From Sinorhizobium meliloti (GTDB lineage Bacteria > Pseudomonadota > Alphaproteobacteria > Rhizobiales > Rhizobiaceae), in the NCBI RefSeq assembly GCF_017876815.1, contig NZ_JAGIOS010000001.1:2250001-2282000 (forward strand): a DNA stretch of 32,000 nt, in the 5' to 3' direction. The translations under genes were made by a program, and so were the position numbers. Of the stretch, positions 25,665 through 32,000 are shown in pieces. Every line of letters begins with the position of its first letter. Positions within the stretch are counted from its first letter, which is position 1. The notes under the pieces are model-generated. The model was not told the origin of the DNA. It did no database searches and saw nothing but the letters and a program-made list of their open reading frames with translations.

Positions 25665-26377
25665 TTGGACATTTCCTTGATGTCTTCCTCGACGACCGCG
25701 AGGATCTTCAGCGTTTCCGCGCGGGCGGCCTCGGCGTCCTGCGCCGCGATTGCGTCGAAGAGCGTCCGGTGAAAGGGAAAGGAGCGCCTGGCGAAATCCG
25801 AACGGTCGAAGGGCTCGTCCCAGAAGCGTTCGAAGGCCTCGCGCATCTGCTCGAGCAGTTGTTTGAAGAGCGGATTGTGGGTCGCGTCGTAGATCGCAAG
25901 ATGGAACGCGAGGTCTTCCGGGCCGGACGTTCCCTTGGCGAGATGGACCCGCTCCATCTCATCGAGCTTCGTTTCGATGTTGACGAGGTCGGCCTCCGTG
26001 CGGCGCCGGGATGCGACCATGCCGGCCTCGACCTCGATGCCGCGCCGCACTTCGAGCGTCTGCAGAAGCGCGTCGCGAAGGTGCTCGGTGTCGAGCGCCA
26101 GCGGCATATGGATGGTCGCGTTGGAAATGGCGCGCAGGAGATAGGTGCCGCTGCCCTTACGCGCCTCGACGACGCCGAGCGCCTGGAAGTGGCTCAGCAC
26201 CTCACGAATGGTGGAGCGGCCGACGGCGAGCGCTGCCATCAGTTCCCGCTCGGCCGGCAGCCGGTCCCCGGGGTTCAGCCCCGATCTTTGAATGAAATCG
26301 GCAAGAGCGGATATCACCTGCTGCGCCCGGTCTGCGGGCGGCAGGGGCAGGAGCATCGCTCTATCCCGCAGGGGCAT
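25661..26377 (-). CDS. GntR-family transcriptional regulator, FadR subfamily (FCD domain)
   Basis: ATG 26377 is preceded by GGGAGAA. Winged HTH ...LPAERELMAALAVGRSTIREVLSHFQALGVVEARKGSGTYL followed by a helical FCD-like domain. ATGA overlap with the PLP enzyme start codon. The ORF's upstream 74 codons run through a repeat and are discounted. Confidence 0.8.
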   Translation of the reverse strand: MPLRDRAMLLPLPPADRAQQVISALADFIQRSGLNPGDRLPAERELMAALAVGRSTIREVLSHFQALGVVEARKGSGTYLLRAISNATIHMPLALDTEHLRDALLQTLEVRRGIEVEAGMVASRRRTEADLVNIETKLDEMERVHLAKGTSGPEDLAFHLAIYDATHNPLFKQLLEQMREAFERFWDEPFDRSDFARRSFPFHRTLFDAIAAQDAEAARAETLKILAVVEEDIKEMSK

Positions 26378-26464
26378 CCGGTTCTCCCAAGACCAGAATT
26401 GGTCTGACATCTGAGCAATATGCTGGGAATAGGAGAGGTGGTCAAGGGGCGAGTGAGCCGCAAT

Positions 26465-26600
26465 TTTGCCCCTCACCCTAGCCCTCTCCCCGCGCGCGGG
26501 GAGAGGGGACACCCTTGTGTTCCGCCTCAGTCTCAATGGGTCAAAAACGGACTCGTCCCCTCTCCCCGCAAGCGGGGAGAGGGTTAGGGTGAGGGGCAAA
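26465..26600. repeat. Inverted pair of 46-nt GC-rich repeat units (43/46 complementary) separated by 44 nt
   Basis: Arms 26465-26510 and 26555-26600 were paired base by base. Each arm also contains its own palindrome (CTCTCCCCGCGCGCGGGGAGAG is perfect in the left arm). Translation gives the LSPLAGRGD / SPLPARGERARVRG peptides characteristic of this dispersed repeat class. Confidence 0.85.
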
Positions 26601-26639
26601 TCTGGGGTTCAGACCTAGTGGAGCAAATCCGAGGCTCAT

Positions 26640-27332
26640 TTACCCCGCCAGCGCGAGCAGCTTGCCGATCGCCTGCTGATCGAAGCCGCCGATGCCCTCG
26701 CGGATGTCGGCGGCGATGGCTCGCGCCACGGCGTCCTCGTCACGCCTTCTCAGGGCCTCGATGGCCTCGCGGTGACGGTCGATGACATAGAATTTCGTGA
26801 CGTGCTCCATGGCAATGCCGAGGATCGGCCCGAGCTGGAGCCAGAGGCTCTCGATGAGCGGCATGGCGACCTGATCGGGATTGGCCGTATAGATCTGACG
26901 GTGAAATTGCTGATTGGCGATCAGCGCCTGCGCCTTCTGCCCCGCGAGGATCGCGGCCTCGATCGTATCGTCCAGCGCGACGATGCGGTCTATCTGCCGG
27001 TCGGAGAGATGGGCGACGGCCCTGCGGGCGGCGTGGCTTTCAAGCGCGATACGAAGCGAGATCAGCTCCTCGAAACGCGCCGGCGTGATCCGCGGCACGA
27101 CGATGCGCCGGTTCTCCAGAAATTGCAGGGCGCCGATCGAGGTCAGCTGACGCAGTGCTTCGCGCACCGGCGTAGGGCTGCTCTCCAGCGCGTTTGCGAG
27201 CCCGCGTATGGTGACGGAGGTTCCGGGGCGGAAGGCGCCCACCATGATCGCCTGCCTGAGACGCGCAAAGGCATAGTCGTGGGTCGTCATACCTTCCGGC
27301 CGATCAAGGGCGGGCAGGGCAAGGGTCTTCAA
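26640..27332 (-). CDS. GntR-family transcriptional regulator (FCD domain)
   Basis: TTG start at 27332 with GGGAGGA 8-9 nt upstream; the alternative ATG 27290 has its SD too close. HTH ...VTIRGLANALESSPTPVREALRQLTSIGAL... It is divergent from the glutamine-synthetase-like gene. Confidence 0.8.
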   Translation of the reverse strand: MKTLALPALDRPEGMTTHDYAFARLRQAIMVGAFRPGTSVTIRGLANALESSPTPVREALRQLTSIGALQFLENRRIVVPRITPARFEELISLRIALESHAARRAVAHLSDRQIDRIVALDDTIEAAILAGQKAQALIANQQFHRQIYTANPDQVAMPLIESLWLQLGPILGIAMEHVTKFYVIDRHREAIEALRRRDEDAVARAIAADIREGIGGFDQQAIGKLLALAG

Positions 27333-27431
27333 GACGGCGATTCCTCCCGCATCCAGGCGTTGGAACGAGTCGATCCTACCGACCCGGTGCAGCTTGACTT
27401 CAAAACTGTAACTATGTCAATTTCCGAAGAA

Positions 27432-27441
27432 TGTGATCACA
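27432..27441. promoter_or_regulatory. Perfect palindrome TGTGATCACA, candidate GntR-type operator
   Basis: It fits the GT-N-AC core of GntR/FadR-type operators. It lies in the AT-rich divergent intergenic region and is flanked by direct repeats TATGTCAAT at 27413-27421 and 27455-27463. Confidence 0.35.
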
Positions 27442-27455
27442 AAAAGAAATGCGAT

Positions 27456-28823
27456 ATGTCAATCGATGCGGACGACCCCGAAGTGTTCCAGTCCTGGCTT
27501 GAGCAGAACGGCCCGATAGAAAGTATCCAGGCGGTGATCTGCGACCTGAACGGCATCATGCGCGGCAAGCGGGTGCCGGTGGAACAGGCCAGGAAGGTGC
27601 TCGGCGGCGGCATCCGCATGCCGCTCTCGATCGTCGGCGTCGACGTCTGGGGTGAGGACATCATCGGCAGCGCGCAGGTCTTTGCGACCGGCGATCGCGA
27701 CGGCATCTGCGGCGTCACGGGACGAGGGGCCCTGCCGGTCAACTGGACGTCGCGGCCGAGCGCGCTGGTTCCGCTCTGGCTGTTCGTCGAGAACGGCAGA
27801 CCGTTTCTTGCCGATCCGCGCCAGGCGCTAGCGGCGATCATGCGCGAATATCGCGAACTGGGGCTGCGCCCGGTGGTGGCGACGGAGCTGGAATTCTATC
27901 TCATCGATCCCGAGCCGGACAGCGCCGTCCCGCCGATCTCGCCCTATACCGGCAAGCGGCTCGATTCCGACGCGATCCTTTCGATCGACGAGCTCGACGA
28001 TTTCGGCGAATTCTTCTCCGACGTCTACAGGGAGTGCGCGCGGCAGAACGTGCCGGCCGATGCGGCGATCGCCGAAAACGGCATCGGCCAGTTCGAGATC
28101 AATCTGCTGCACAGCGACGATCCGCTGAAGGCGGCGGACGACGCGATCTTCTTCAAGCGCATCGTCAAGGGGGTCGCCCGCAAGCACGGGCTCGCGGCGA
28201 CATTCATGGCCAAACCCTACGGCACCCGTTCCGGCAACGGCATGCACGTCCATTTCAGCCTGCTCGACGAGGAAGGCAACAACGTCTTCGACGACGGCAG
28301 CGACGAGGGATCGGCCGTGCTCAAGCATGCGGTGGCCGGCCTCCTGCGCGGCATGGCCGAGACGACGCTGATGTTCGCCCCGCACTTCAATTCCTACCGG
28401 CGGCTGCGGCCCGACACGCACGCGCCGACCTCGATTTCCTGGGGTTACGAGAACCGCACCTCGGCAATCCGCATCCCGGGCGGCAATCCGGCGGCGCGGC
28501 GGATCGAGCACCGCGTTGCGGGCGCCGACGCCAATCCCTATCTCGTCATCGCCGCGATCCTCGGCGCCGCGCTCGTCGGCATCCGCAACAAGTGGAAGCC
28601 GCCGGTGCCTGTCGAGGGACGAGCCTATGCGGCGGAGAAACTGCCCAAAATACCTGCCGATTGGGGGCAGGCGGTCGACGCCTTCGAGGCCGGACCGATC
28701 GCCGCCGAGATCTTCGATCCCGTGCTTCGCTCCATGCTGATCGCCTGCAAGCGCCAGGAGATAGCCGGCTTCGCCGAGCAGGTCACGGATTACGAATTCA
28801 GCGCCTACCTGGAAATCGTATGA
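27456..28823 (+). CDS. Glutamine synthetase family protein (gamma-glutamyl-amine/polyamine synthetase, PuuA/PauA-like)
   Basis: ELEFYL, GIGQFEIN, NGMHVHFSL, NSYRRL and ENRTSAIRIP motifs of the GS catalytic domain. The start is ambiguous between ATG 27456 (preferred, downstream of the putative operator) and ATG 27414. The rest of ORF 26772-28823 is antisense to the GntR gene. Confidence 0.85.
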   Translation: MSIDADDPEVFQSWLEQNGPIESIQAVICDLNGIMRGKRVPVEQARKVLGGGIRMPLSIVGVDVWGEDIIGSAQVFATGDRDGICGVTGRGALPVNWTSRPSALVPLWLFVENGRPFLADPRQALAAIMREYRELGLRPVVATELEFYLIDPEPDSAVPPISPYTGKRLDSDAILSIDELDDFGEFFSDVYRECARQNVPADAAIAENGIGQFEINLLHSDDPLKAADDAIFFKRIVKGVARKHGLAATFMAKPYGTRSGNGMHVHFSLLDEEGNNVFDDGSDEGSAVLKHAVAGLLRGMAETTLMFAPHFNSYRRLRPDTHAPTSISWGYENRTSAIRIPGGNPAARRIEHRVAGADANPYLVIAAILGAALVGIRNKWKPPVPVEGRAYAAEKLPKIPADWGQAVDAFEAGPIAAEIFDPVLRSMLIACKRQEIAGFAEQVTDYEFSAYLEIV

Positions 28824-30133
28824 TGGCACGGAAGCAGAAATCCTATGCCGGCGACGGCAGCTACCCGGCGAGCTATTACGCCGCCTCGCGCAACATCATC
28901 CGCAATCCGGTCAAGCTGGAAGGCCGGATCGAAACCGACATCTGCATCGTCGGCGCGGGGTATTCGGGCCTTTCCACGGCCATTCATCTCGCCGAAAAGG
29001 GCTACAAGGTCACTGTGGTCGAGGGTGCGCAGGTGGGCTGGGGCGCCTCCGGGCGCAACGGCGGCCAGATCGTCAACGGCCTCAATGCCGGCCTGTCGAC
29101 GATCGAGCGCCGCTACGGCGAGGATGCCGCCCGCTTCATCGGCGGCCTTGTGCAGGAAGGCGGACGGATCATCCGCCGGCTCGTCAGCCAGTATCGGATC
29201 GATTGCGATCTGAAGCCCGGCAATATCTATGCCGCCTATACCGGAGCCCACATGAAGGAGCTCGAGGCCAAGCAGGCGCTCTGGCGCAAATACGGGATGG
29301 ACGATCATCAGCTTCTCGACCGCGAGGCGCTGCGCAAGCTCGTCAATTCCGAGGCCTATTGCGGCGGCATGCTCGACACCACCGGCGGCCATATGCATCC
29401 GCTCAATCTGGTGCTCGGAGAGGCACGCGCCTTCGAGAGCCTCGGCGGCGTGATCTATGAGATGTCACCGGTGACCCGTGTCGACCACGAGTCGGCCCGG
29501 CCGACGGTCCATACGGACGGGGGCGAGGTTTCCGCCCGGATCGTCGTGCTTTGCGGCAACGCCTATCTCGGCGATGCCGTGCCGAAGCTCGCCACCCGCG
29601 TCATGCCCGTTTCGACCCAGATGATCACCACCGCGCCGCTCGGCGAGGAGCTTGCCCATTCGCTGATCCCGAGCGACATGTGCGTGGAGGACGTTCGCTA
29701 TATTCTCGATTATTTCCGGCTGTCCGCCGACAAGCGGATGATTTTTGGCGGCGGCACCGTCTATGGCGGCACCGACCCGGCGGATGTCGTGGCAAAACTC
29801 AGGCCAAATCTCGAAAAGGTCTTCCCGCGGCTCAAGGGCGTGAAGATCGACTATGCCTGGAGCGGCAACTTCGCACTTTCCTTCACGCGCGTGCCGCAAA
29901 TGGGGCGGATAGGCAGCAATACCTATTTCGCCCATGGCTATAGCGGCCATGGCGTGACGGGCTCCCACCTCTTCGGCCGCACTCTTGCCGAAGCGATCGA
30001 CGGCGACGTGTCGCGCTTCGATGTCTTCGCGAAGCTGCCCTGGTATCCATTCCCCGGCGGACGGATGTTCCGCGCGCAGTATTCCACTGTCGGATCGTGG
30101 TGGTACATGCTCAAGGACGCCGTCGGCTGGTAG
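28820..30133 (+). CDS. FAD-dependent oxidoreductase (gamma-glutamylputrescine oxidase PuuB/OrdL-like, DAO family)
   Basis: The MMARKQ... start overlaps the GS stop codon (ATGATG/TGA). DICIVGAGYSGLSTA dinucleotide fold and ...GWGASGRNGGQ. The upstream part of ORF 28034-30133 is an out-of-frame overlap with the GS gene. Confidence 0.85.
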   Translation: MMARKQKSYAGDGSYPASYYAASRNIIRNPVKLEGRIETDICIVGAGYSGLSTAIHLAEKGYKVTVVEGAQVGWGASGRNGGQIVNGLNAGLSTIERRYGEDAARFIGGLVQEGGRIIRRLVSQYRIDCDLKPGNIYAAYTGAHMKELEAKQALWRKYGMDDHQLLDREALRKLVNSEAYCGGMLDTTGGHMHPLNLVLGEARAFESLGGVIYEMSPVTRVDHESARPTVHTDGGEVSARIVVLCGNAYLGDAVPKLATRVMPVSTQMITTAPLGEELAHSLIPSDMCVEDVRYILDYFRLSADKRMIFGGGTVYGGTDPADVVAKLRPNLEKVFPRLKGVKIDYAWSGNFALSFTRVPQMGRIGSNTYFAHGYSGHGVTGSHLFGRTLAEAIDGDVSRFDVFAKLPWYPFPGGRMFRAQYSTVGSWWYMLKDAVGW

Positions 30134-30318
30134 CCGGGGCGATCGCTCCTGGGCATCAGATTCGCTGAGAAAACCGTGTATTCCGTACTGCCTGGCAGGC
30201 CGGTTAAACGAATTTTTCATTTCTCGTTTGATCCGTGGGAAAAAATTATCTAGGAATTCGATCAAGAATATAGGAGAACAACGGCAACAGGCCAACGCCC
30301 CAACAGCGGAGAGACATA

Positions 30319-30468
30319 ATGAACGCGACCAAGGCGATGACCCAATCCCGCTATACCGTCTACCGGGCTAGACCCACCCGTCGTCCGACAACCAGGCACT
30401 TTACCCATGCCATCGCGGTGGCTGCAGCCTTCACTTTCATCTGCGCGCTCCTCATCGGCGCGTTCTGA
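30319..30468 (+). CDS. Candidate 49-aa small membrane protein (not in the ORF track)
   Basis: ATG 30319 lies 6 nt after GGAGAG. The translation is MNATKAMTQSRYTVYRARPTRRPTTRHFTHAIAVAAAFTFICALLIGAF: a basic N-terminal half plus one C-terminal hydrophobic helix. Third codon positions are mostly G/C. A hairpin follows. Confidence 0.35.
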   Translation: MNATKAMTQSRYTVYRARPTRRPTTRHFTHAIAVAAAFTFICALLIGAF

Positions 30469-30474
30469 TTTCGC

Positions 30475-30508
30475 AACGGCTGCAGGTGCTCATGCGTCTG
30501 CAGCCGTT
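30475..30508 (+). terminator. Perfect 11-bp-stem hairpin after the small ORF
   Basis: AACGGCTGCAG-N12-CTGCAGCCGTT, verified base by base. No U-tract follows. Confidence 0.4.
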
Positions 30509-30619
30509 CATCGGCCGGTGCCGTTTCTTCGACACGCTCCCTTCCGCTTTTCCGCCCTTGTCCGCGTGCAGCCGCCGTCGTAGCCTTGCCGGCGGAAATC
30601 AGACGGGATGGAGGAGCGA

Positions 30620-32000
30620 ATGCTCGACAAGCGGAAATTCTACATCGACGGCAAATGGGTTGAGCCGGCCACGCAGAACGATCTTCTGGTGCTCAATCCG
30701 GCGACCGAGAAGCCGATAGCGGTCATCTCGCTCGGCACCGCCGTCGACGTCGACCGGGCGGTTGCAGCCGCCAAGAAGGCCTTCGCGAGCTATAGCCGGA
30801 CGAGCGTCGAGGAACGGCTGGCACTGCTCGAAAAGCTGCTCGCGATCTACAAGCGCCGTTACGATGAAATGGCCGACACCATCACGGCCGAACTCGGTGC
30901 GCCCAGAACGATGAGCCACGAGCAGCAGGCGGATGTGGGCGTCGGTCATCTGCAGGGCTTCATCGATGCCCTGAAGCGCCTGAAACTCAGGGAAAAGCTG
31001 CCGAATGGCGACACGCTCCTGCGTGAGCCGATCGGCGTCTGCGGTCTCATCACGCCGTGGAACTGGCCGGTCAACCAGATCGCGCTCAAGGTCGTCCCGG
31101 CGCTTGCGACCGGCTGCACCTGCGTCCTGAAACCCAGCGAGTTCACGCCGCTGAACGCCATGCTCTACGCCGAGATGATCGAGGAGGCGGGCTTCCCGGC
31201 CGGCGTCTTCAACCTCGTCAACGGTGACGGCATCCATGCCGGGGCGGCGTTGTCGAAGCACAAGGACATCGACATGATGTCCTTCACCGGTTCGACCCGG
31301 GCCGGTATAGCCGTCAGCAAGGACGCCGCCGATACGGTCAAGCGCGTCACGCTCGAACTCGGCGGCAAGTCGCCGAACATCGTCTTCGCCGATGCCGATA
31401 TCGAGGAGCGGGTGACCGCCAGCATTCTCGAATGCTTCAACAATTCCGGCCAGTCCTGCGATGCCCCGACACGTATGCTCGTCGAGCGCAGCGCCTATGA
31501 CGAGGTCGTGGAAATCGCCAGGCGCGTCGGCATGGAGGCGAGGGTCGGCGATCCGACGAAGGTTGGCTCCCATATCGGCCCGCTCGTCAGCCATATTCAG
31601 TTCGAGCGGGTGCAGGCACTGATCGAAGCCGGCGTTGCCGAAGGCGCGACCCTGCTGGCCGGCGGCCCCGGCAAGCCGGAAGGCTTCGAGACCGGATATT
31701 TCGTCCAGCCGACGATCTTCGCCGATGTCGACAATTCCATGCGGATCGCGCGCGAGGAAGTGTTCGGACCGGTGCTTTCGATCATTCCCTTCGATACGGA
31801 AGAGGAGGCGATCGCGATCGCCAACGACACGAATTACGGCCTCGCGGCCTATGTGCAGACCCGCGACCGCGAAAGGGCGGAGCGGGTGGCGTCGCGCCTC
31901 CGGGCCGGCATGGTGCACATCAACGGCGGTCCCCACCGCTACGGAAGCCCCTTCGGCGGCTACAAGCAGTCCGGCAACGGCCGGGAAGGCGGGATGTTCG
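30620..32000 (+). CDS. NAD(P)+-dependent aldehyde dehydrogenase, 3' end outside window (PuuC/PauC-like position)
   Basis: Translated by hand from ATG 30620, with GGAGGAG upstream: MLDKRKFYIDGKWVEP..., ITPWNWP, KPSEFTP, LELGGKSPN, GQSCDAPTR (catalytic Cys), EEVFGPV and PFGGYKQSGNGREGG. It is absent from the ORF track because no stop codon is reached. The listed 445-aa minus-strand ORF is its antisense shadow. Confidence 0.9.
   Translation, partial: MLDKRKFYIDGKWVEPATQNDLLVLNPATEKPIAVISLGTAVDVDRAVAAAKKAFASYSRTSVEERLALLEKLLAIYKRRYDEMADTITAELGAPRTMSHEQQADVGVGHLQGFIDALKRLKLREKLPNGDTLLREPIGVCGLITPWNWPVNQIALKVVPALATGCTCVLKPSEFTPLNAMLYAEMIEEAGFPAGVFNLVNGDGIHAGAALSKHKDIDMMSFTGSTRAGIAVSKDAADTVKRVTLELGGKSPNIVFADADIEERVTASILECFNNSGQSCDAPTRMLVERSAYDEVVEIARRVGMEARVGDPTKVGSHIGPLVSHIQFERVQALIEAGVAEGATLLAGGPGKPEGFETGYFVQPTIFADVDNSMRIAREEVFGPVLSIIPFDTEEEAIAIANDTNYGLAAYVQTRDRERAERVASRLRAGMVHINGGPHRYGSPFGGYKQSGNGREGGMF

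Noticed and set aside
26378-26599. 74-codon N-terminal extension of the FadR-type regulator ORF
   Set aside because: It is translated through the GC-rich inverted repeat (LSPLAGRGD/PARGERARVRG peptides). The internal ATG 26377 has a proper SD and gives a normal-length GntR protein.
26465-26600. Possible CRISPR or tandem repeat array
   Set aside because: There are only two repeat units, in inverted rather than direct orientation. No further regularly spaced copies and no cas genes are present in the window.
26772-27455. N-terminal 228 codons of ORF 26772-28823. Similar long leaders occur in ORFs 491-, 1479-, 7972-, 10817- and 28034-.
   Set aside because: These leaders overlap neighbouring genes (same or opposite strand) and have junk composition. 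Internal starts with SD sequences match normal family lengths.
30599-31936. 445-aa minus-strand ORF, the only long ORF the track lists here
   Set aside because: The plus-strand frame from ATG 30620 encodes a complete set of aldehyde dehydrogenase motifs (ELGGKSP, GQSCDAPTR, EEVFGPV). It is missing from the track only because it has no stop codon in the window. The minus-strand ORF is its shadow.
1-32000. Genomic island or mobile element interpretation of the catabolic mosaic
   Set aside because: No integrase, transposase, tRNA attachment site or flanking direct repeats are visible. Only the local AT-rich patch at about 10.5-11.2 kb hints at separate acquisition.

Overview
Gene-dense, high-GC window with about 30 CDS. 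It looks like an accessory or catabolic region of an alphaproteobacterium, probably Rhizobiaceae-like; that placement is inferred from composition, gene content and two recognisable GC-rich intergenic repeat types. I found no rRNA, tRNA, CRISPR, transposase or integrase. All calls rest on reading the ORF translations and the DNA by eye; no searches were run. Modules: (A) 1-10457, plus strand: LacI-type repressor tail, then a tightly packed same-strand cluster of Tat-signal sugar-binding protein, ABC ATPase, permease, xylose-isomerase-like TIM barrel, membrane di-iron (fatty-acid-hydroxylase family) oxygenase, ferredoxin reductase, Rieske ferredoxin, Zn polyol dehydrogenase, SDR and a second ferredoxin reductase. 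(B) 10553-12052: a more AT-rich VOC/glyoxalase-fold gene and an orphan acidic hypothetical. (C) 12140-14701: dimethylglycine/sarcosine-dehydrogenase-like FAD-GcvT fusion. (D) 14962-20046, minus strand: class I cytochrome c plus a CoxMNOP-type alternative heme-copper oxidase with two subunit-III paralogs and a subunit-IV-like protein. (E) 20247-26377, minus strand: FadR/GntR regulator translationally coupled to a Cys/Met-family PLP enzyme, followed by a CUT1-type sugar ABC importer. (F) 26640-32000: GntR regulator divergent from a Puu/Pau-like gamma-glutamylation set (glutamine-synthetase-like ligase, FAD oxidase, small ORF, aldehyde dehydrogenase running off the window). The best candidate for an undescribed system is module A, a moc (rhizopine)-like three-component oxygenase recruited into a different transporter/dehydrogenase context with unknown substrate. 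Module E is second: a C-S/C-N lyase-type PLP enzyme wired to a sugar importer. Many long ORFs in the track are antisense shadow ORFs typical of GC-rich DNA and were rejected.
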